From Zestosphaera tikiterensis (GTDB lineage Archaea; Thermoproteota; Thermoprotei_A; Sulfolobales; NBVN01), in NCBI GenBank assembly GCA_003056265.1, contig NBVN01000002.1, positions 480,001 through 512,000 on the forward strand: DNA of 32,000 nucleotides, written 5' to 3'. The notes beneath the pieces were generated by a model. It was not told where the DNA came from and did not search any database. It saw nothing but the letters and a program-made list of their open reading frames with translations. Position numbers and translations under genes: made by a program. Within the stretch, counting starts at the first letter, position 1. Each line of letters begins with the position of its first letter. Shown here piece after piece: positions 17,836-25,201 of this stretch.

Positions 17836-18819
17836 GTGTGGATCTTGAAGTGTGTGGTTTGCGGTGTTAAGGAAGCAACTGTTTATCAAAGACATACAGG
17901 TATGGCACTCTGTAGGGATTGTTTTATGGAGGATATCATCAAAAGGGTTAGTAACGAAGTTAAGCGGTTTGATATGTTTAACGAAAGACATAAGCTTATG
18001 TTGGCTGTCTCAGGCGGTAAGGACAGCTACGTTCTACTCGATGTGATTTTAAAGCTGCATGATCCAAGCAGGGTAGGTGTTGTAAGCATTGTTGAGGGTA
18101 TAGAAGGCTATAACAGAGCTGAGGATTTAGTTAGGGTTAAGGGTTTAGCGTCTAAGCACGGCGTTGATGTGGTAGTTATCTCTTTAAAGGATTATGTAGG
18201 GTTGAGTTTGTCGGAGATTGTAAGTATGTCTAGAGAGAAGAGTATAAACGTTAGTCCATGTACTTACTGCGGGGTTTTAAGGAGGAAAGCAATAAATGAA
18301 GTTGCTAGGGATTTAGGCTACGATAGGGTTCTTACAGCCCATAACTTAGATGATGAAGTGCAGACAGCCCTGCTTAACGTGCTGAGGGGGGATTTATTTA
18401 GGCTTGTTCAACTACATCCTAAAGGGCCTTTATTAAGTTCTTTATTTGTACGTAAGGTAAAACCCTTAAGAAAGATTTACGAGGAGGAGATAGCTGTATA
18501 TGCTCATATAATAGGCTATGAGTTTCAAACGACTGACTGCCCCTACTTAAGATTCCAACCATCTCTTAGAGCAAGGCTACGTGAATATCTATACAGACTT
18601 GAAAGGAAAAACCCGGGAACAATGCTTAAGTTCCTTAACACGTTAGATGAGTTTCTAGAGAAGTACTTAAGTAAGTATGTCTCGTATCCTGAATTACCTA
18701 AATGTTTAAACTGCGGTGAAGCTACAGCTTACGGGAGGAAATACTGCATGGCGTGCGAGCTTCTAATGAATTTAGGGGTTGAGAAACCTAAGTATTTACG
18801 GTTAAGTCCACGTGGTTAA
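17836..18819 (+). CDS. PP-loop ATPase of the TtuA/Ncs6 (NcsA) family, tRNA 2-thiolation
   Basis: 327 aa. It has the PP-loop SGGKDS and AHNLDDEVQTALLNVLRGD. There are CxxC pairs at the N-terminus (CVVCG...CRDC) and the C-terminus (CLNCG...CMAC). Confidence 0.8.
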   Translation: MWILKCVVCGVKEATVYQRHTGMALCRDCFMEDIIKRVSNEVKRFDMFNERHKLMLAVSGGKDSYVLLDVILKLHDPSRVGVVSIVEGIEGYNRAEDLVRVKGLASKHGVDVVVISLKDYVGLSLSEIVSMSREKSINVSPCTYCGVLRRKAINEVARDLGYDRVLTAHNLDDEVQTALLNVLRGDLFRLVQLHPKGPLLSSLFVRKVKPLRKIYEEEIAVYAHIIGYEFQTTDCPYLRFQPSLRARLREYLYRLERKNPGTMLKFLNTLDEFLEKYLSKYVSYPELPKCLNCGEATAYGRKYCMACELLMNLGVEKPKYLRLSPRG

Positions 18820-18881
18820 GTAATCAACCATTACGTCAAGAAATAAATAACCTAGGTTAATCAATTATTTAGGGTTTACAG

Positions 18882-18908
18882 CCGAAAGCCTCGCCTTTTA
18901 AGGCGGGG
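18882..18908 (+). repeat. Solo copy of the CTGAAAG-hairpin motif (CCGAAAGCCTCGCC TTTTAA GGCGGGG)
   Basis: A 7-bp stem CCTCGCC/GGCGGGG (one G-U pair) with a 6-nt loop, preceded by CCGAAAG. It lies 63 nt after the thiolase stop and about 35-45 nt before the nucleoside phosphorylase start. Confidence 0.6.
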
Positions 18909-18941
18909 AGAATATTAGAGAACAGGTTCTTAGTCGGTGGG

Positions 18942-19667
18942 TTGTCAGCTATGCCTGTACATATAAAGGTTGGGAGGGGCGATGTAGCTGAGAGGGTGGT
19001 GTTTGCCGGTGACCCAGCTAGAGTACGTCAAATAGCTTCTATGCTTGATAACGCAAGGCTCGTAAATGAGAATAGAGGATTCATAACCTACACGGGGGAG
19101 TATAAGGGTATACCGATAACTGTAGCTACGCATGGGTTGGGCACGCCGTCTGCGTTAGTTGTTCTTGAAGAGTTAATATCAGTTGGTGGTAAGTATTTCG
19201 TTAGGTTGGGCACTTGCGGGTCTTTAGTTAAGGGGGTTAAGATAGGGGATGTGGTGATCCCCACAGGCGCTTCATACTATCCTGGTGGAGCACATTACCA
19301 ATACTACGGTGAGTTTGTATGTGGGCCGGCCACACCGGACTTTACATTACTTAAGAGTTTGGTTGAGGTAGCTGAGGAACGTAAGATCAATTACTTAACA
19401 GGCCCCGTAATTAGTAGCGATGCTTTCTACGCTGAAGATCCTAAATTCGTTGAGAAATGGTCTTCAAGAGGTGTTGTAGCGGTTGAGATGGAGTGTGCTG
19501 GTATATTCAACGTAGGGCTTATGAGAAGAGTTAGAACGGCAGCACTTCTAATCGTAAGTAACTCCTTAGTTGAGGAGTTAGGTCACGCTTCAGCAAAAGA
19601 ACTTGAGCAGTACGTGTTTAAAGCGGCTGAGATAGTTTTAGAAAGCTTAATTAGGGTAAAGCAGTAA
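18942..19667 (+). CDS. Nucleoside phosphorylase, PNP/UDP family 1 (purine/uridine/MTA phosphorylase type)
   Basis: 241 aa with the motifs VVFAGDPARV, TVATHGLGTPSALVVLEEL, RLGTCGSL and AVEMECAG, typical of hexameric DeoD/Udp/MTAP-I enzymes. The start is either TTG 18942 or ATG 18951. Confidence 0.8.
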   Translation: MSAMPVHIKVGRGDVAERVVFAGDPARVRQIASMLDNARLVNENRGFITYTGEYKGIPITVATHGLGTPSALVVLEELISVGGKYFVRLGTCGSLVKGVKIGDVVIPTGASYYPGGAHYQYYGEFVCGPATPDFTLLKSLVEVAEERKINYLTGPVISSDAFYAEDPKFVEKWSSRGVVAVEMECAGIFNVGLMRRVRTAALLIVSNSLVEELGHASAKELEQYVFKAAEIVLESLIRVKQ

Positions 19668-19672
19668 TTTTT
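19668..19672 (+). terminator. T5 tract immediately after the stop codon (possible archaeal terminator)
   Basis: TAA (19665-67) is followed directly by TTTTT. Oligo-T tracts are the usual archaeal termination signal. Confidence 0.3.
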
Positions 19673-19759
19673 CCCATCTTAAAACGTTTAATGCTCATTA
19701 AAAACAACTTATTTAAGGTATTACTGACTAAACAAGGTTGAGTAGGTAAGTGATACATT

Positions 19760-21010
19760 ATGAGTGAGCTACATGAGTTAATTGAAAATGAAATTAAAAG
19801 ACCTTCAGTTTTCGTTGATGAGTCAGTACTTTATCCGGAGTATATACCGCCTGTGATTAGGCATAGAGACGAGCAACTTAAGAGTTTGGTAAGGCTTTTT
19901 AAACCGGTTATTCTAAACCCTGGATCCACCAGCGTTAAGGCTTTATTGGTAGGTCCTATAGGCTCTGGAAAGACCGTTACGGCAGCTGTGTTTGGTAGGG
20001 AGATCTCACGTGCTGCCTCATCGAAGGGCTTGAATCTAATGTACGTTCACGTGAACTGCTCCAGATCTAAAAACCTCCCTAACATATTGAGGGAGGTGAA
20101 GGATCAGCTAGGGATTCCAATACCTGATAGAGGTCTATCAACTCAAGAGATGTTAGAAGCGTTGCTTAAATTACTTGAGAGAGAGAACATATACACTATA
20201 ATAACGTTGGATGAATTCGATTACTTCATTCAAGCAGCTTCTGTGGAGGATAAGTACACAGTGTTAAGGCTTTACGATATCTTTAAAGATGAGGTTAAGA
20301 GGATAAACTTCATATTCGTAGCTAGAGGCTCCCCAACTAACATATGGTCTAGGCTCGATAGTATTACCGGAAGCTATTTAATGAAGAACTTAATAACGTT
20401 TGAGCCTTACAAATCTAGAGAACTTCTTACGATACTTAAGGATAGGGTTGATAAGGCCTTCCACATAGGCGTAGTTGGGGATGAGGTTTTAGACTATATC
20501 TCTAAGCTAACGGGGTATGACACAGGCGGTGACGGCAACGCTAGGAAGGCTTTAGCGATACTTCACGCCGCAGGTAAGTTAGCAGATAAAGAGTTAATCG
20601 AAGGTAAGGCAAGTAGGGTAACAGTAGATCATGTTAGAATGGTGGTTACGCAAGAATACCCTTCGATGGTTGAATTACTGGATACGTTGCATTACCTCCC
20701 CTTACATGAGATCTTAATCTTAAAAGCCATAGTGCTTTCACTGAAGGAATCCGGTGAAGACTACGTATCCATGGGAGTTATAGAGAAAACATATAGGAAG
20801 TTATGTGAGGAGGTTGGGGAGGAACCCCGCGGACATACTAAAGTATATATGTTTGTTTTAGACTTAAAGCAGAGGAACATAATACTAACTAAGAACTCAA
20901 TTAAAGGTAGGAAGGGGAGAAGTACGTACGTAGGCTTCGGTATGGCACCTTTAGACCCGTTACTGCAGAGGTTGGACCTACTTATAAAGCAGAAGTTGGT
21001 GGTTAGATGA
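19760..21010 (+). CDS. cdc6: Orc1/Cdc6-family AAA+ replication initiator paralogue
   Basis: 416 aa. It has YIPPVIRHRDEQLKSL, then Walker A LVGPIGSGKTVTA and Walker B IITLDEFD, plus a C-terminal winged-helix-sized domain. Confidence 0.85.
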   Translation: MSELHELIENEIKRPSVFVDESVLYPEYIPPVIRHRDEQLKSLVRLFKPVILNPGSTSVKALLVGPIGSGKTVTAAVFGREISRAASSKGLNLMYVHVNCSRSKNLPNILREVKDQLGIPIPDRGLSTQEMLEALLKLLERENIYTIITLDEFDYFIQAASVEDKYTVLRLYDIFKDEVKRINFIFVARGSPTNIWSRLDSITGSYLMKNLITFEPYKSRELLTILKDRVDKAFHIGVVGDEVLDYISKLTGYDTGGDGNARKALAILHAAGKLADKELIEGKASRVTVDHVRMVVTQEYPSMVELLDTLHYLPLHEILILKAIVLSLKESGEDYVSMGVIEKTYRKLCEEVGEEPRGHTKVYMFVLDLKQRNIILTKNSIKGRKGRSTYVGFGMAPLDPLLQRLDLLIKQKLVVR

Positions 21011-21291
21011 GTAGGAGGGAAATTGACGATGTTTTATTGAGTAAGGCGAGGGTAAAGATACTTAAGAAACTCTTAAGTAAGGGTGAGATGAACATATCTC
21101 AAATAATTGATGAAACACGACTTAACTACAACACCGTAGTTAAACATTTAGAGTATTTAACTAATGCGGGTCTTGTTGAGGAGTTGAGGTTGGGTCGGGC
21201 TAGGGTTTTCAGACCCAACTGGCTTAATCCTAAAGTTAGGGTCTTGGAAGCCCTCTTAAATGAGTTAAGTCTTCTTGAAGAAGGCGTCTAA
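21007..21291 (+). CDS. Small winged-helix (ArsR-like) DNA-binding protein
   Basis: 94 aa. The pattern KARVKILKKLLSKGEMNISQIIDETRLNYNTVVKHLEYLTNAGLVEE is a classic wHTH. The start overlaps the cdc6 stop (ATGA). Confidence 0.7.
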   Translation: MSRREIDDVLLSKARVKILKKLLSKGEMNISQIIDETRLNYNTVVKHLEYLTNAGLVEELRLGRARVFRPNWLNPKVRVLEALLNELSLLEEGV

Positions 21292-22689
21292 CCCCCTACC
21301 CTCCTTCTCCTTTGTTTGGGTGGATTTGCCTTTACCCTTCGTTGGTGGGGAAGTCCCCGAAGATGTTTTAGAGGGTTTCGAGGCTTTAACCTCTTCTGAA
21401 ATAGCCTTCCTTAATTCCCTCACGTAGTTTAACACGGCATCAGCGTTTCTTTGAGTAAGGTATCTAACCATAGAATCCGTTAGGTTAAGACCTACAGCTA
21501 TTTTAGCCGCCATTTCGGGATTGTTATCGAATATTATCCTAACGTATGGAAGTACGTAATTAATTACCTTCTGTTTGGATGCGTGTACCTGCCTACCTAT
21601 TAACTCAGCTATGGTATCTCTTAAAGCTCTAGCCTCCTTCGTTTGAGTCATTAACCTAATTTTACTTGGGAATTGATACTTAACCCACCTATACTTCGAC
21701 TTAACGTCGTTTACTATAGATAAAGCGACGCCGGCGCTCATAAGCTCCGTAGCGTAAGCAAGTAAATCCCAAGAACCTGACTTAACGATCCTACCCATGT
21801 ATACGTCAGCCTTAGATAGGGCTTCGTAAGCCCTCCATAGATCTTCAGGGTCTGTAATTTGAAGGGGTAGGTTCTCGTTAATCCACTGCATGAGTTCGTC
21901 TGGAGCTAAGTCTGTTTGCGAGGCGTTTTGTTTAGCTTGCCATACGTAGTTAGACCTAAGTATGTTTCTAACGACTTCAAAAGGCTCTAAAACCCTATCT
22001 CTCGCCCTAAGTATTTGCTTAACTAAGTCTAAGGTTATCTTGCCAGCTCCTTCAGCTACAGCTTCTAAGTCGTTAATAGCGGATCTTAAATCCCCTTCAG
22101 ACTTCTCGGCTATGAACTTAAGCGCTTCCTCATCACATATGAGCTTCTCGTTTAAGCATATCTTCTTAAGTAGGTTTAAAACTTCAGTTTTTGTGAGCCT
22201 CTTAAACTCTACTAGAAGGGATTTATCCCTAACAGGTCTTAACCTCACGTCCCAAGGATCGTTGGCGGTCATAACGACGGGGTTTTTAGTTGTTTCTATG
22301 AGGTCTAAAATAGCTTCTATAGCGCCCTCATCCGCAACGCCGGATACGCCGTCAACCTCATCAAGCAGTATAAGCCTCTTACTCGCGAAAAGCCCTTTCT
22401 GCAGGCTCGCTACTTTAGCTACCCTCTCAATATCTGAAGCTCTCCTATAATCACTTGCGTTCATCTCAACTAACTGGTATCCGTACTCCCTACATATAGC
22501 TTCAACCATTGACGTCTTACCAGATCCTGGAGGGCCGTAGAATAAAGCAGCTTTCTTCTCCGGCTTACCCGATTCCCAACTTCTTAACCAAGCCTTAACT
22601 AATGCCTTAGCGTCGTCTTGATTAACCAACTCATCGATTTTTCTGGGCCTGTACTTAATCACCCAAGGGATTTTCTTACTTACCAACAC
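21265..22689 (-). CDS. rfcL: Replication factor C large subunit
   Basis: 474 aa with WVIKYRPRKIDELVNQ, Walker A FYGPPGSGKTS, DEVD, and a basic C-terminal tail ending in the PIP-like GLDAFFKK. It overlaps rfcS by 14 nt. Confidence 0.9.
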   Translation of the reverse strand: MLVSKKIPWVIKYRPRKIDELVNQDDAKALVKAWLRSWESGKPEKKAALFYGPPGSGKTSMVEAICREYGYQLVEMNASDYRRASDIERVAKVASLQKGLFASKRLILLDEVDGVSGVADEGAIEAILDLIETTKNPVVMTANDPWDVRLRPVRDKSLLVEFKRLTKTEVLNLLKKICLNEKLICDEEALKFIAEKSEGDLRSAINDLEAVAEGAGKITLDLVKQILRARDRVLEPFEVVRNILRSNYVWQAKQNASQTDLAPDELMQWINENLPLQITDPEDLWRAYEALSKADVYMGRIVKSGSWDLLAYATELMSAGVALSIVNDVKSKYRWVKYQFPSKIRLMTQTKEARALRDTIAELIGRQVHASKQKVINYVLPYVRIIFDNNPEMAAKIAVGLNLTDSMVRYLTQRNADAVLNYVRELRKAISEEVKASKPSKTSSGTSPPTKGKGKSTQTKEKEGRGLDAFFKKT

Positions 22690-23698
22690 GCTTTGCCTGC
22701 ACCTCAGCTAACTTCCTACCTATTAAAGCCATCTTAGCTAACAACGCATTCAATTGAATCTCGTCATCAGCACCTTCAACAACTCTAAACTGTATCTCAC
22801 CTATGTAATCAGCTAACTCAACCCTAACGGACTCCGGAATATCTACCTCAGAACTCATTATCTCCCTATGAATTTGCTTGATTATATCAACTCCAGACAT
22901 GCCGTAAGTCACCATAAGTGATCTCAACATATCCCTAGCTTTAATGAAGTTACCGCTTAAAGCAGCTTTAATCATCTCCCTAACCTCTTTAGGATGCGCT
23001 AAACCAACTACTTTATAAACGTTAGATACCGTAATCTCACCTAAGGCAGCGGTCGATTGAAGGATGTTTATAGCTCTCCTCATATCCCCTTCAGACAACT
23101 CGTAAATCGTTTCTAAAGCGTCGTTACCGCATTTAAGTTTTTCTTGAGAGCAAATCCACGACAGCCTACTAACGACGTCCTCCTTCTTAAGCGCTACAAA
23201 TCTAAACACAGCACACCTAGATTGAATAGGCTCTATGATCTTGCTTGGGTAGTTAGCGATTAGGATAAACCTAGACACTGTTACATACATCTCCATAAGC
23301 CTTCTAAGAGCTTGCTGAGCGTCTGCCGTCATGTTATCGGCTTCGTCGAGTAAGACTATCTTAAACGGCACGTCAGCCGGTAACTTACTCCTAGCGAATT
23401 CCTTAACCTTAGTTCTTATTACGTCAATACCGCGTTCGTCTGAAGCGTTAAGCTCCAACATATACAGCCTATAATCATCACCGTAGAAGTCACGTGCTAA
23501 CGCGTGTGCTGCCGTAGTTTTACCGGTTCCTGGAGGACCCGCGAAGAGTAGGTGTGGCATGTTCTTCTCCTTTATAAACTGCTTAAGCCGAGCAACAACC
23601 TCAGTTTGGTTAACTATCTCATCTAAAGTTTTAGGCCGATACTTCTCAGCCCACAGAAGCTCAGATAAAGTCTTACTTACCTCATCCACGTTAAGCAC
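22676..23698 (-). CDS. rfcS: Replication factor C small subunit
   Basis: 340 aa with WAEKYRPKTLDEIVNQ, FAGPPGTGKTT, LDEADNMT and SRC (QSRCAVFRF). No intein. Confidence 0.95.
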   Translation of the reverse strand: MLNVDEVSKTLSELLWAEKYRPKTLDEIVNQTEVVARLKQFIKEKNMPHLLFAGPPGTGKTTAAHALARDFYGDDYRLYMLELNASDERGIDVIRTKVKEFARSKLPADVPFKIVLLDEADNMTADAQQALRRLMEMYVTVSRFILIANYPSKIIEPIQSRCAVFRFVALKKEDVVSRLSWICSQEKLKCGNDALETIYELSEGDMRRAINILQSTAALGEITVSNVYKVVGLAHPKEVREMIKAALSGNFIKARDMLRSLMVTYGMSGVDIIKQIHREIMSSEVDIPESVRVELADYIGEIQFRVVEGADDEIQLNALLAKMALIGRKLAEVQAKRVGK

Positions 23699-23781
23699 CC
23701 CATATATAAACTTCGTTAAACATTGAAAAACTATTAATCACTTATCTCAATGACCTTGTTTCAAGCTTAAAAACACGTTAA

Positions 23782-24072
23782 CTACTTTCTTTGAATACCT
23801 AACCTTTCTATCACAGACGCGTAAGCTAGATTACCATCCACCTTCTTAATTAAAACCCTGACTTTCTCCCCTAAAACAGCTCTAGGAACGATGACTTTCT
23901 TATTGTTATGGTATCCAACACCCCTGCCTTCAGAATCCATTTCTTTTATACTTATTACGAGCTCGTCGCCAACCTGCATTTCCCTACCTTTATGTTCTTT
24001 ATAGCTGTCGTAGATGCTGAATCTTTGTACGTCTACGTTGTATGGGTTAGAATAATTTCTGTATTTAGTCAT
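23782..24072 (-). CDS. TRAM-domain protein
   Basis: 96 aa. VGDELVISIKEMDSEGRGVGYHNNKKVIVPRAVLGEKVRVLIKKVDGNLAYASV matches the TRAM beta-barrel pattern. Confidence 0.7.
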   Translation of the reverse strand: MTKYRNYSNPYNVDVQRFSIYDSYKEHKGREMQVGDELVISIKEMDSEGRGVGYHNNKKVIVPRAVLGEKVRVLIKKVDGNLAYASVIERLGIQRK

Positions 24073-24579
24073 TCATTCAACACCTATATATGCGCGTACG
24101 TCCATATATTTACACACAATATCTAAAAGTTAAAAGGGTTAATAAACCTAGAGCTTAATGAATTCATGAACTAACTAAATCGGAAGCCCTACGAGTAATT
24201 GATTATAGTGAGTTAACAGTTTAAATAAAGCTTTAAGTACATAGTATAGGGTTTAAAAGCACATTTTAAGGGCGTGCGTTTCTAATGAAAGGACGTGACT
24301 TAGTAAGTAAGTGGTTGGTTGAGGAAGGGTTTGAAATCAGAAAGTTTGAAGGCGGCGTAACACCTCTGAAGGTTGTTTGGGGATTAGACGTTTTTACACC
24401 TCCCCCTAAGCTAAACATTAAAATTGTGCAGTATGAGGGTAGAGAGGACAGGTATTTCCTACTCCTAGGCGTCGGTATCTCACCAGAACATAGGAGAGAA
24501 CTAGATAGGTTGAACGTCGAGGGCCGTTTAAGGTTTTCCTCTAAGTTAGTCAGCAGAGTTTTAAGTGTTTGCAACATTT

Positions 24580-24911
24580 CTGACCTCCTCCCCGTCCTGA
24601 GGGGTGGGTTTCCCCTTCGGGCGGTTCATTGGTTTGGAGGTACATGTTTCTTCATTCACCTCCGGGCCGGGCTTCCGGCCCACTACCCCTATCCCTGAGG
24701 GACTCGGGGTTATGGAATACCTTCATCAATCATCGACCTTTAGAAGGTCTCAAAACTTCGTGTGGGAGGCATAGCGTTGATTGCGTGTATGCTTTGATTG
24801 ATTTGTTTGAGGTTTGCCTCCCACACACATCAAGCATCATCACTAAGAATAAATTAGAAGCAATTATTTATAAACCTTTCTATCCTCGCCCTAAAGAAGC
24901 GAGGCTTTCAG
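24580..24911 (+). mobile_element. 332-nt non-coding, hairpin-rich insert (MITE/PATE-like or intron-like) bounded by CTGA...TCAG
   Basis: The left end is CTGACCTCCTCCCCGTCCTGAGGGGTGGG. The reverse complement of the right end is CTGAAAGCCTCGCTTCTTTAGGGCGAGG, so both ends are CTGA-nnn-CCTC-hairpin. The flanking 10-mers are TGCAACATTT (24570-79) and TGTAACGTTA (24913-22), 7/10 identical. There is no credible ORF inside. The UUCG loop and G-U pairs favour an RNA read from the + strand. Confidence 0.5.
24884..24911 (-). repeat. CTGAAAG-hairpin motif forming the right terminus of the insert
   Basis: The minus strand reads CTGAAAGCCTCGC TTCTTTAGG GCGAGG. It shares CTGAAAGCCTCGC with the copies at 5201 and 18882, with compensatory stem changes between copies. 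Confidence 0.6.
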
Positions 24912-25201
24912 TTGTAACGTTAGTATACAGCCATCGCCTATAAACCCGCAGGCAATAACTATAGCTTTAACGTTATTTGAATCCGACGTTGAGGAAGGCT
25001 TCAAGCCTAGGTTCCTAGAGAAACTTACCGTGCTTATTAATTCCTTCTTCACCGTAGTCTCGGTTTTTAATGAGGATTTCCCAATCGTGCGTAGGGATAG
25101 ACATGAAGACTCCTACGTGACGAGCATTTAACTTAACGTCTTTTAATTAAAAGCTTTTTAAGTTTATATTCTTAAGCCATTAAATATTGTCGGTGGTTTA
25201 A

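Larger units (their letters stand above)
24285..25131 (+). pseudogene. Small conserved archaeal protein gene (resembles the family I recall as DUF2299) split by a non-coding insert
   Basis: The 5' part runs from 24285 in frame 3: ...VWGLDVFTPPPKLNIKIV...GVGISPEHRREL...KLVSRVLSVCN. It then enters GC-rich sequence and stops at 24696-98. The 3' part has no start codon and is open in frame 1 from 24895 to TAA 25129-31: SCNVSIQPSPINPQAITIALTLFESDVEEGFKPRFLEKLTVLINSFFTVVSVFNEDF.... Deleting 343 nt fuses the two into one 167-codon ORF. Confidence 0.65.

Noticed and set aside
18889-18908. Hairpin with a TTTTAA loop as a tRNA-Lys(UUU) anticodon arm or tRNA fragment
   Set aside because: Forcing a 7-nt CUUUUAA loop breaks the stem (G-G mismatch). 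No D-arm, T-arm (GGTTCRAATCC) or acceptor sequences flank it.
19668-19759. Replication origin immediately upstream of orc1/cdc6
   Set aside because: The spacer is only 92 nt, with no repeated ORB-like elements or extended AT-rich unwinding region that I can see.
24080-24110. Inverted repeat ATATATG-cgcgtacgtc-CATATAT between the TRAM gene and the split gene, as a specific operator
   Set aside because: It is a short, AT-only 7-bp arm in a promoter-dense divergent spacer. That is compatible with overlapping TATA-like sequences, and there is not enough evidence for a distinct element.
24580-24720. GC-rich segment as RNase P RNA or SRP (7S) RNA
   Set aside because: I find no CR-I/CR-V-type sequences (GGAAAGUCC, ACAGAA..GGCUUA) and no SRP helix-8 GGAA/AGCA-type motif. 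The fold is a row of local hairpins without the long-range helices of those RNAs, and such a gene would not be expected inside a protein-coding gene.
24760-24829. H/ACA box sRNA (12-bp stem followed by ACA)
   Set aside because: The interior has no stable upper stem and no K-turn or K-loop. A 12-bp lower stem also leaves no room for the usual spacing of about 14-15 nt between the pseudouridylation pocket and ACA.
24826-24845. Box C (GTGATGA) on the minus strand, suggesting a C/D sRNA inside the insert
   Set aside because: No CTGA box D or D' occurs at a suitable distance downstream on that strand.
24569-24919. Canonical bulge-helix-bulge (BHB) archaeal intron at the junctions of the split gene
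   Set aside because: The ends can form helix(6 bp)-bulge(5)-CUGA/UCAG(4 bp)-bulge(3)-CCUC/GAGG(4 bp). In each strand, however, the bulge lies 5' of the 4-bp helix, which is the opposite handedness to the real BHB as I reconstruct it from tRNA 37/38 introns. With the correct handedness only the central UGCA/UGUA helix pairs and the flanking helices do not. I therefore report no BHB. A relaxed motif cannot be excluded without experiment.
24266-24943. Track ORFs 24266-24577 (-), 24629-24943 (+), and the tail of 24285-24698 (+) beyond about 24580
   Set aside because: The minus-strand ORF is an antisense shadow of the real 5' gene fragment. The other two lie within the hairpin-rich insert, have implausible composition (Pro/Gly/Arg from GC-rich stems), and show no recognisable motifs.
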